Source: Anthoceros angustus (Eukaryota > Plantae > Anthocerotophyta). Taken from it: a DNA stretch of 64,000 bases. The stretch spans positions 992,001 to 1,056,000 of the forward strand of contig MU008161.1 of assembly GCA_010909165.1 (NCBI GenBank), written 5' to 3'. The notes under the pieces are model-generated. The model was given only the letters and a program-made list of their open reading frames with translations. It searched no databases and had not been told where the DNA came from. Position 1 is the stretch's first letter. Every line of letters begins with the position of its first letter. The position numbers were made by a program, and so were the translations under genes. Of the stretch, positions 14,384-24,799 are shown piece by piece.

Positions 14384-15009
14384 CCACAGTCGGAGAAACT
14401 ATCGAAAGAAAGGTGAGAACTTTGTGGCGAACACTCTTCGTGAAATATGGGACTGAACGAACCTCCATTTGGAGAACAGTGTGAGCAACCTTACTAGGGG
14501 CTTTTAATACGCACGACAAGTAACGTCCGTGGAAAAACTTACAGTCTATGAAACGGTGAAATGCCATGCACAAAAAAATCCTTGTACGAATGAATACCTA
14601 TTCGGAGACGTGTTCAATTAAGGATGAATTTTGTAGTGGGGTCGCCGGATCACATCACTACCTACCTAATCAGAACTTTTGAGTGAAAGTGAGGGAGATA
14701 TGTTCTAATTAGAATTAAGTCACACATAAAATTTAGTACAGGAAAAAAAATGGTACACAAATTACAAGTCATTTTATTATTATTATTATTATTATAAAAT
14801 TCTTATATCTTGGATTTTATTGTACCAAGTCTAAATCTTGTTTGTCTTGGTTGATCTTAAGGGTAAGGTTATTTCTAACTGATTCATCGCAAACACGCTT
14901 GCGTAGAAAGGAAAAAGGTACCTTAATCCTCTAAGTACGAGCCCAGTTTCTTATTAATTTGATGTATGAACGTGATATTTAGATATCCAATTTTTTAGTC
15001 TTTTTTTTT

Positions 15010-15800
15010 TCATGAGCGGACAAGGGATGCAAGATCCCATGGTAGGAGCAAGGAGCCCGAGCATCTAGCGGAAGAAGGAGTAGCCTTGGGACCTCTAGGG
15101 GAGATAGTTCGTTTATGTGGAACAATCAACCAGGTAGATGTGGAAGAGGCCAAGAGGATGGCCAACTCCTTAAGAGCAGAGGGAGAAAAAGCGAAGATTA
15201 TCCAGGCACGGGAAACTGCGAGTAGGGTGGCGGAAACACAGCTGAAGGAAGATACTATGAGAATGGAAGCTAAGGTGGAGCACTTGGAGAAGAGCCTTGC
15301 AACAAGACAACAAGAGGTGGACAATCACGTAAGAGAGAACAAGGCTCTTACCAAGCAACTGGCATTGTGGTGGAGGAAAGGAAGAAGCAAGACAAGTCCC
15401 AGCAGCAAGTGAAAGCAGCACAGGAGTGCGTGGAAGCACATGAGAAAGTTGTGGCTACTCAAGCTGTAAAAATCCGTGACTTGGAGAAGGAGTTGGGAGA
15501 AACCTGTCGGAGTTTGGAGGTAAAGGAGGTGGAGCTAGAAGAGCATACACATTTGATCCATGGGTTGGAGATGGAGCGGGAAGCTCGGCAGCAGGAAAAT
15601 GAAGGTCTTCCTGAGAAGATAGCAGATTTCAGGCTGACCATGCCTTGCAGGAGATTTCTTGCTCAATTAATGCATGGACAAATAAAGAGCAAGGATACTA
15701 TTCTAAGTGTTCAGAAGCCCCAAGAGAATCTATGGCACATTGTCCCAAGTCTAAAAAGGTGATCTTTGCTGATGCAACCAAGTTGCCAAATTCGAGAACA
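15010..15800 (+). pseudogene. Frameshifted coiled-coil ORF remnant, probably TE-derived
   Basis: Consecutive E/K/Q-rich heptad ORFs 15086-15412 and 15367-15762 in different frames. No family recognised. Confidence 0.4.
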
Positions 15801-15802
15801 AA

Positions 15803-15904
15803 TGTCTCTAAATTGTCGAGGATGGCTTGTCGAACAGATTTCTGTAAAGTGTCGAGGGTGGCTTGTCGAACAGATGTCTCTAAAGTGTCGAGGATGGCTT
15901 GTCG
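15803..15904. repeat. 36-bp tandem repeat, about 3 copies
   Basis: Unit approximates TGTCTCTAAAGTGTCGAGGATGGCTTGTCGAACAGA, giving the repeated peptide VSKVSRMACRTD. Confidence 0.85.
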
Positions 15905-16571
15905 TTCAGAAAGGAGCTTGTGGAGAAGTAGATTGAGGTTCGGACTCCGAGGGATCTTGGCCAACTCCTTGTGGAATCATTTGAGAGGATCCAGTGAGCA
16001 TATGTTTAGGAAGGCACAAAAAGTCGCGCAACTTGTGATTGCTTGAGTCCCCTGCATAGCTTTGTGGAGTGCGTGGGAAAATTGGATATAGAGGGGTAGG
16101 TTAGTGAGGTCAGGGGTCGACCTAACATTGGATGGTGGCAGAGATATGGGCATCACCTTCATATGGCAGCAGGCAATGAAAAGAACTTCGAGTTCAATTA
16201 GTTCTATTAGTAAAACAAAAATCAAGCGAGAATCATGTAAATGGGAAGTGTGCTTCTAAACAAGTTGGAGTCAAAGGTCAATCAAACCTCAATTTGTTTT
16301 AATCCATATATGCTCTTGATTAGTTTCTATTCCATATCACTTTCTCAGCGAGCACTTTTTCATATATAAGAAGAAAATAAAACACCTTTCTATCATCGCA
16401 TGTACGAGCTCAAGTTCTTTATTTGATGTACAAACTTGATATTTCGTTATTCAAGGTTCCACAAGGAAGGAATGATACAATGAGTTCAGAACCATACCAC
16501 AACAAAGCACAATGCAAGAGTGCTTTGACCGTTTCCTCCACCATACCCTTGCACATGCCCAGACTCGATTA

Positions 16572-16793
16572 GTTCAAGTTCAAGTTCAAGTTCAAGTTCA
16601 AGTTCAAGTTCAAGTTCAAGTTCAAGTTCAAGTTCAAGTTCAAGTTCAAGTTCAAGTTCAAGTTCAAGTTCAAGTTCAAGTTCAAGTTCAAGTTCAAGTT
16701 CAAGTTCAAGTTCAAGTTCAAGTTCAAGTTCAAGTTCAAGTTCAAGTTCAAGTTCAAGTTCAAGTTCAAGTTCAAGTTCAAGTTCAAGTTCAA
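16572..16793. repeat. (GTTCAA)37 hexanucleotide microsatellite
   Basis: Perfect 222-bp array read directly from the sequence. Confidence 0.98.
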
Positions 16794-16975
16794 GTTTATT
16801 AAAAATGTTTCGCGTTGAAAAACTCTCTCAATGAAGAGCAAAAAGCTGAAAAATTCATTGATGAGTTCCAGGAGGAGATGAGGGCTGATGTGTACCAAAC
16901 AAATCCAGGCACGTTGGTGGAGGCCATGAAAGCTGCAATGAATTACGGAGCTAACAACTATAAGTATCTCTCTGT
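16790..16975 (+). mobile_element. Retrotransposon gag-like remnant
   Basis: VQVY*KCF...LNEEQKAEKFIDEFQEEMRADVYQTNPGTLVEAMKAA resembles the gag capsid C-terminal pattern V.xY..RF...FI.GL..E.R..V....P.TL.EA..A. Confidence 0.55.
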
Positions 16976-17020
16976 ACCTACAGTCTCTCAAGATCTTCAC
17001 TTTTTTTTTCTTTAGATATC

Positions 17021-17348
17021 AGTGACCAACGTCTATTCCATACCACTTTCATCGCTGAAAAGCACATTTCTATCACTTCATGTAAGATTCATGTCCGAGC
17101 CGAGTTTTTTTATTTTCGAGATATTACCAGCTCGATATCTCATTATTGGGGTTTTATTGTCTATATATGTAAGTGACCAATATTTATTCCATATCACTTT
17201 CATTTCTATCACTTCATGTAGGATTCGTGTATGAGCCCAATTTTTTATTTTTGAGATATTACCAACTCGATATCTCATTATTGAGGTTTTTTTTTGTCTA
17301 TATATGTTAGTGACCAATATCTATTCCATGTCACTTTCATCGCTGGAA
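17021..17348. repeat. AT-rich tandem repeat of about 140-150 bp, just over 2 copies, with an internal hairpin
   Basis: AGTGACCAA recurs at about 17021, 17172 and 17309. Each unit contains GAGATAT-N10-ATATCTC. Confidence 0.8.
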
Positions 17349-17614
17349 TTAGTATGCTAATCCATGCATACACTAGATACACGTTCTTGTTGACACATAC
17401 TAGAAGTTCAACGCACATTTTAATCCTAGAATTCTTATTTGCTACATCAAGGTAAGATATTGTTCTCCATGGATGTGTACATGATATTAATTTATTTTAA
17501 TTCTAAGTTACGCTCAAGTGGTCTTAATGGTTTTATAGTACTTTCTTAGATCGAACTATGTGATTATGATCTAATTCTATGGTCTATGTTTTGACAATTC
17601 TAGGATAAGCAAAT

Positions 17615-18472
17615 ATGGCCACGATGCAAGACGAAATAAAAGAATCCATTGACGAGTTCATTGATGATTATTTTAGCATAAAAACATTACAACTTTGCAT
17701 TGTCTTACTTGGAAGAAGTGCAACTGATGAGGAGATGGAGCATATACTAGGTTTCATGTCCGAGGTGTATGGCTTATTGATGGATTGTCTAACTCTTGAT
17801 ATAATGAGACACAAGGCTAAGGTTTTGAAACCTCTTAGTCAGTGTGTAATGTCTTACTTTTATGGGATATCCATAGACCGCACATCTCAACGTATCATGA
17901 GGATCCAGGCTAAGGCTCTAGCAGATCTAGACAATCATGCCACAAAGCATAGTTTGAATGTGGCAGTGAAAGAAGATGTTGAACCAAAATTGTCGGAAAA
18001 AATGCGCTATAGAAGGAAGTGCAAAAATCTTTTGAACGGACATATGGTAGAGCCCATGTCTTTTGAAATTCGACAACGCCTCCTGGAAAATGCACAGAAA
18101 CATGTTGCACCAGAGTGTACATGCTTTAAGTTTGGGGATGGTACAATAAATGATATCGATGATATTCCTTTCAACTTTGCAGTACCTGATGAAGTGGGTA
18201 TTAAACTTGTTGCACGGCATATGGTACATTTAGAAAGAGCTATTACAAGAACATTCATGTCATGTGGCCTTGATTCGAAAAGTAATCACCACATTATTAG
18301 AAAAAATACTCAAAAAATGATCAACAATTTCAGGGAGTTTCTAGCGGAAAGGCTTAATTTACCCAGACATATGAGCCGACGCCAACAAGTGATGGCTGAA
18401 GGATGTTTGTCCACGACATGTTTCACAAAAATTCTGCTTGAACGCCTTAATTGGAACATTGAAGTTGAATAA
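17615..18472 (+). CDS. Orphan 285-aa protein of unknown function (single coding exon)
   Basis: Uninterrupted 858-bp ATG-TAA ORF in AT-rich DNA. A plausible 5'-UTR intron (GTAAG at 17452 to TTCTAG at 17603) lies just upstream. Confidence 0.6.
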   Translation: MATMQDEIKESIDEFIDDYFSIKTLQLCIVLLGRSATDEEMEHILGFMSEVYGLLMDCLTLDIMRHKAKVLKPLSQCVMSYFYGISIDRTSQRIMRIQAKALADLDNHATKHSLNVAVKEDVEPKLSEKMRYRRKCKNLLNGHMVEPMSFEIRQRLLENAQKHVAPECTCFKFGDGTINDIDDIPFNFAVPDEVGIKLVARHMVHLERAITRTFMSCGLDSKSNHHIIRKNTQKMINNFREFLAERLNLPRHMSRRQQVMAEGCLSTTCFTKILLERLNWNIEVE

Positions 18473-19353
18473 AACTTAAATCTTGTTTAATATAGGCTTG
18501 AGGTGGCCTGGGCATGTCTATGAACTTCAACCATTACCTAGTGGGATGACAACATGAACTAGGAGAGCTGAAGTGGTACAAAGGCAAGGGAAAAATGTCA
18601 CTCATGCATATGATTTGCCGAATCATGGCTATGTCTTTGGCTGTATATCAATTTCTTCCTTGTGGTCCAAACTTGTTGTAGGGAACTTATAAAAAATTGT
18701 TCTGTAAAATTCATTTCTGATTAGGTCGATAATGACTTTGATCCGGGGTTCACATAAAAAAAGTTATCCTTAATTGAACACATTTCTTAAAGGTTTATTG
18801 AAGCATGTTTGTAAACAAGATCTTTTCTATGCATGCACATAGTGTTAATTCACTGTTACATTGACTACTACAAGATTCTTTCCATGGATTTTACTTCTCG
18901 TCTGTTGTTCGACGTTAAGCCATATTTGATCACCGACCATCTTTATTCAAAACTTTGAGCATACGAAAAGCTCATCCGGACCCGCCGCGTGCACAAATGT
19001 CTAGCATAGGGGAGCATGGACGAGTGTGCCCCCTTTGTTCAGGTTATGTGCTTTGTCCAGAGTGCCAAGTGGATTTGTGGAGACGTTTGAACGAGGATGA
19101 TCTCGATGACCAGGATCCTAACCATGTCCAAGACCATCCGAACTGCTCAGAGTTGATGGGGCTGATGAGGATTAAAGGGGAGCGTGCAGTGGGTGAACCG
19201 ACAACGGATAACCTGATCCAGTTGATGGAGGCACAAGTGGCCGGGAAGGATTGATAGACGCAGTTGGAGAAAGATGCCTTGTTAGGGCTCGATGTGAAGA
19301 TCCACTTCACGGAACTTGGTCCTCATTGTGCGGGTCCATTCTAGGATGGTTAT

Positions 19354-19570
19354 CCAAATGGCTTAGGCCAAATGGACACACCTTTATAAGAACGTCATGA
19401 TTAAGCATCCTGAGCTTAGATCGATACTTAAATGGGGTGCCTAAAGGGAGTGGATGCCCTTGGTGCAAATAGCTTAGGCACACCATGGTACAAGTTGTTA
19501 AGTACCAAGTCCCATGATGGAAATCTGTCCTTAGTGGACTTAAATAAAATTCTTCTTCTTCTTCTTCTTC
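19354..19570 (+). mobile_element. Short interspersed retroposon-like element ending in AATAAA-(TTC)n
   Basis: Closely similar to 21856-22028 and ends CTTAAATAAAATTCTTCTTCTTCTT. Confidence 0.7.
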
Positions 19571-19619
19571 TCTCGGATGTTGTTTGCGTGGATTTCAGTC
19601 CTTATAACGCAAGTTGCAA

Positions 19620-20165
19620 TGGAAAATTATAGATATTTTTAAATAAAATATTTTTTTTCTAAATATAGATTTTTCTGTTGTAAAATTCAATCAATTATTG
19701 TAAAAGAGGCCCCCATTGTAAAAAGCATATTGGCTATTGTAAAAGTACTTTTATAAACCACCAACCTACAATTGTTGTAAAAGATACATCCTTGTAAAAA
19801 ATGTATTTCTCGTTGTAAAAAAAAAAAATGTTGTAATTAGAGTAGACGGCGTTTTAACCCTGTATTGTAAAACACTGGCTATTGTTATAAACAGCCGCCG
19901 TTGTAAAAAACCCATGTTGAAAACTATATTATGTTGTAATCTTGCTAACCCCCATTGTAAAACCTTATAAAGAGTGCCACGTCATCAAGATACATCGTAA
20001 AAAAATGCCCCGTGACGTAAAATATCAACCCATGTTGTAAATTATTAAAATATATACGAAAATAATACTCGGGCTCAAAACCCCCATTATAAAACAAATA
20101 CACGTCTAAAAACCCCCTCTCTGTAATTTTCAAGGGGTAATAAACTGCTGGTTTTCCTTGTTGTG
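19620..20165. mobile_element. Possible CACTA-like transposon end with TTGTAAAA subterminal repeats
   Basis: About ten TTGTAAA(A)-type motifs. The terminus reads CACAACAAGGAAAA on the minus strand (20152-20165), similar to CACTACAAGAAAA TIRs. No partner end was found. Confidence 0.4.
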
Positions 20166-21855
20166 ATAGGTTGATGAGATTATTGCAAATATGTTGAATG
20201 GGCTCGATTTCAAGACATCGGAGTGGACAAGGTCATGTACGGAGTTTTGAGGGGGAACCTTGGCAAATGCACATTGCCCTCGTAAGACTTCTCCTCACTC
20301 AAGTGGGACACTTTTGCTAGTGTTCTCCAGGCATGTGCTATCCTTGCAGAGAAGGAGCCAAGTACACTTTTTGAGGGCCAACATGTGACATTGGCATCGT
20401 TGCAAACTCAGTCAGGTGGGATACGTCTGCTAGTGTTCTCCAATCATGTTCTATCCTTGTAGAGAAAAAGCCAAGTACATTTTTGGAGGGCCCATATGTA
20501 AAAACTGGTATCATTGCAAACAAAGCAAGTGCTGGGCACAATGAGCCCAGTATTGTTGTCAGAGTCTCAGCAATTGGGTGACTAGAAGAGTTGCTCACAC
20601 TAAGCAGAGGAAGGAGGAGGGAGTAGAGGTCTGCAGTTCAAGAACAATGTGTCAAGGAAATTTAGCCTTGGAGAGACCTAGGAGAGCAACTAGAAGGACC
20701 TAGGAGAGTGAAGATGAGCCTGACATTTGAACTCAGCTAGAGAAGGCAAGAAAATCTATGCTCTTCAGGGACTCATCGAGAGGAAGGAGGAGGATGTCAC
20801 AGCCCATTGCTCATGAATGGACAGCCCGGTTCGAGATCTACGCTTGATGAAGATAAATACAGAAACCAGTTGATCAATGGTCCGTATGGGTCGTAAAGCA
20901 TAAGGATGAGATTTAGGCAAAGGAGGCCAGCTTAGGTAAAAAGAAAGATGCATCGAGATAGCTACAGCTAGGAGTAGATGAGTTTAGGAGTTTAGGTTAG
21001 ACTAATCATAATTTTATATACTAACTTCTAGTCAGGTCTGGACCCAAGGTCAAGAAAAAGATCCTATGGACAGGTTGAGGATACAAGAGTCCGCACCTGC
21101 TGCAAGGGAGGTCTCTCCATTCCGTAAGCTTCTGGCAATATGTGATTCCCTAAAGCACAAAGCATGCTTACAAACCCCTGAGGAGCATAGTCTCGCTAGA
21201 AATTGGGTCTGTGAAAGGAGACCGGATCCATCAACTATTATGGGATGATTTAAATAGTCATATTTGAGTAGCATGCAATAGGATAGCCCAGAACCCATGA
21301 AATGTAACTGCAATCAGCAATATCCGGGTTGGAGTGCTAATCCTAGTAGCATGCCCCTCTACCTAGTTCAACTTAGTTTTTGCATGACCATGGCAAAAAA
21401 ATTTGGTCATTAATGGGCTGTGACAGTCGCGGCACTTTCCAAAGGTAACAAACGAGTAGGCAAGCCACTTTCCAAACGTGATGAAAGAGTAGGCAAGCAC
21501 ACTGCAGTTCCCCTTCAGTATTGGAATTCAGGGTTTTTATGAGGGGGGTTCTTAATACACGAAGTGGGAATATTAGAAGGTTTTCAGTTCTTTATTAACT
21601 TGGCTAAAATTATGAAGTGTATGATTGGATTTCGTGAAGCTCATTCATGGAATTATCTTGGTGTTCAATTCCAAGAGACATATGATGTGTACTCCTAACC
21701 AGTTTAATTTAGTTCACGAACCTTGAATCAAAAAGAATTTAGGCCTCAAACATGATATCATAAAATTTACTTCAAAGTTCCCCCTTAGGTCGATAAATAG
21801 TGAGAAATGAGTACTATGATAAATATTAAAAGATCAATTCATACTCTGTGGGACC

Positions 21856-22028
21856 CACATTTATAAGAACGCCGTGATTAACATCCTGAGCTTAGATCGG
21901 TACTTAGATGGGGTGCCTAAAGGGAGTGGATGCCCTTGGTGCAAGTAGCTTAGGCACACCATGGTATAAGTTGTTAAGTACCAAGTCCCATCCTTAGTGG
22001 ACTTAAATAAAATTCTTCTTCTTCTTCT
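21856..22028 (+). mobile_element. Second copy of the (TTC)n-tailed interspersed element
   Basis: Direct similarity to 19378-19570, with the same tail. Confidence 0.7.
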
Positions 22029-23053
22029 TATGTTGATTGAGGTACAAATTTTTTTTCCCTCGTGCAAGACTGTTTAGCGTAAATATATACTTTGATCAAT
22101 AATTCAGTTTAATATATTACAGCGGTTGCGCTTCAGCTAGGTACCTAGATGAAAATGTCCGGGATGAATAAGGTACTGATAATGTAGACCCATGCAGCCT
22201 TATCAAAAGGCGTGCAGTACAAATGTTTGTTGTGAAAGTGCGACTCAAGGAAGGCAGCCACCGGGCGAGGCGATGACTCGGAGGGGCTTCCGAAATGCGG
22301 ATAACAGGGGCCCGGGGCCGAAAAAGCTTACTCACACTCTCTCTGCTGACAGCTTGAGCACGAAACCCTCATGTGGCGGCAAGGACTTCTGACAACCCCT
22401 CTTGGTTTTGGCCGGTGTGCCGCTCCCTCCTCTCTCTCCGCTCCTCTTCCCCTGCGGGCTCCAGTGCCCGTATTCACAGTGGCCTTGGACTGAGGCGGAT
22501 CCGATTCCTGGCATCGGTGACCGCCACGCTCCTCGGCACGCCCACTTGCGCTTATCCCACCGCGCTCCTGCCCAGGCGAGCTGCTGCTTCCGCTGCCGGA
22601 GCAGCCCTCGCCAGGCGCACCGCCTCCCCGCCTGCTGCCGGAAGCGCTGCCGCTCGCCTCGCTGAATCTCGCCAGCATTCCTGCTGAGCGCGCTACGCAA
22701 TTGCCCCGGGCGCTCTGGCTTGAAATTGTGGAGCGGGATGGCCGGCCTGAATAATGCTTGAAGACGCTGCGGGAATTCCGGTTGTTTGCCTGCATCCGCT
22801 TACAGCAACTAGATGGCGATGGATGTCAGAATGGAGCTTGGATGCTGAAGATTGTGTGTGTGCCTTGCCGCGGGTTAGTCCGGTGCTCGTGCGGGAGGTG
22901 AGCGGTAGCTCCTCGGCCGTCGGCACATACGAGAAACCAGGTTATCGGGCCTAACATTGCGGGGAAGTTGGAGGACTGCTGTGTCGGAGTGCGGGCACGT
23001 AGAGGTGGATGGACGTGTGGTCTCTTACCGTGTTGGAGGAGCAGGCTGTTGAT

Positions 23054-24799
23054 ATGGCATCGGCTAGTTCCTCGCCGGCGGCCCTGAGTGGCGAGCACCA
23101 GCTGATGTGGTCGGAAATCGAATTAGGTGAAAGGTAGCCGGCCGGTTCCCTTGTGTGATTTAGATTGATGGCCACGCGTTGCCGTTGCGTTGTGGAAAAC
23201 GTCCGGGCCCTGATCGCAGTTTGAATTTCAGGTATCTGGTCAGTGATATGCTTGATGATGCCGCTTCTACATCGACTGCGAGTTTGAAAAAGTTACTCGG
23301 CCAGGATGCTGGAAGTGGTGGCGGGGTGCCCAGGTTTCCGGATCATGGCATATTGGTTCAGAATGCGTGCATGGTTTTGATTCAGGCTTACTGTGGTTCG
23401 GGAAGGTTAGAACACGCTAGTTTTTCATTTCGCTGGCCCTGCCGTAGACATGTATGCAGTGTGTGCTTCATGATTTGCACCGGCAGCTTTTCTTCGTACA
23501 TCTGAAGTTGCTGCGGTGGTTGCCGGAGCAGGACAGAACAATTGTTTCAGGTTTTGGAGGAGTTCTTTGAGCCTTTTGTTACGGTGCCGCAGCGTGTCTT
23601 TTTTATAGCGTAAGATTCTTCCTGCCAGTTTTTTGAGAACTTGTGGCACACTTGCGTCGAGCATTAATCGTATTGCGAGAATGCAATATCTGGAGCTTCA
23701 GTGCTGAGGTTCTTCATTTTCTTCTGAGCAGGGTATGCCTGCAGATTGCAGCTGGTTGTAATGTCACATGTCGTGTGGCTCTGGAGAGGTTTCTGAGAGA
23801 ATGGAGTCAGAGCCCAGTTGATCCAGCCAAGATGGTGACGATGAGTGCCTCGGATGTGTTTCTTTCGGCCGATCGATATGCACATCTTGCAGAAATCTAT
23901 GCCATACATGTTCTCGTATATGGTTTTAGGGCTTCCGATGTGGCATTGAGTTGGTTGCGTGGCAGTCCTTTGCCAGAGGAGACAAAACGGGTAAGCATCC
24001 TCCTTAGGATTCCCACTGAAGCACGGTCGATCGGTGCTGACGATATGCTACGGACTTGCTGGAGCTAGAGTTCCTAATTTGTCTGCCGTGACTGGTATGT
24101 GTCCTTGTGAGCAGTTGATTATCAAGAAGGTCTACACCATAACGCAGCCACAAAGGGCGGGGAATGTCATGTGTGCTTCACATCCCCAGGCCAGTCCCGG
24201 ATCTCCAGAAACGGGTCCTGCCAACAGTGAAACTCAGGTGCGAGCAGGAGATGAGAATCCAGCCGCAGGCGAGGAGCAGTATGGTGTCCGAGGTGGTAAC
24301 AAAGTGGCGGGGAGGAAGGGTGGGGCTCTCCCTGTGTCCCAGGGCCTTACACTTGCAAGGGTAATCGGGAATGTCAGGGTTTGGTGGGTTTTCAGGCTGC
24401 TGAAGAGGGTGGTGCAGGTAATCTGTGCACGACTCAGGTCGTTATACCTCGATGCTCAGAGAAGGCTGGGACGACGAGCTGCAGTGGGAGGATTTGCAGT
24501 GGGAGGATTTGCCGTCTTCCTATTGTACGTCTTTTTGAAGCAGAGACGCGTTTTATCAAAGTAAGCTGCTGTCATAAGATTTTTCTTTCAGCGAGTAGCA
24601 TGTGGCTGAGCTTCTGCCAAGCATCAAGTCTTTTTCTGAGTCTTTTGGGTCCTTGTACAGGATTTTCCGAGACTATTTGAGAAAATTGAACACTGGGATA
24701 TGCGACGTTTGGCAGCTTGCTTTCAGCGTTCAGCTCAATCCACTGGCTGCTGTAGATCCTCTACCTGCCCGAAGGGTGTATGGTAGCAGGTATGCTTGA
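23054..24799 (+). CDS. APEM9: ABERRANT PEROXISOME MORPHOLOGY 9 / DAYU-like peroxin (PEX26-like), 6 exons
   Basis: Exons about 23054-23133, 23232-23405, 23532-23609, 23732-23990, 24112/24115-24560, 24661-24799. WSEIELGERYLV, a single TM segment, and the C-terminal DVWQLAFSVQLNPLAAV are present. Confidence 0.88.

Larger units (their letters stand above)
14562..18840. mobile_element. Putative non-autonomous DNA transposon with degenerate long TIRs (Mutator/Pack-MULE-like)
   Basis: Colinear inverted matches: GTGTTCAATTAAGGAT 14610-14625 vs 18766-18781, CCGGATCA 14645-14652 vs 18739-18746, ACCTAATCAGAA 14664-14675 vs 18715-18726. No TSD was identified. Confidence 0.5.

Noticed and set aside
16512-17000. 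Poly-VQ and poly-LN ORFs as real proteins
   Set aside because: They are open only because the hexamer repeat lacks stops in those frames.
18955-19310. Small Cys-containing ORF (CPLC...CPEC)
   Set aside because: It is short, has no family match and is embedded among repeat relics, so it cannot be supported as a gene.
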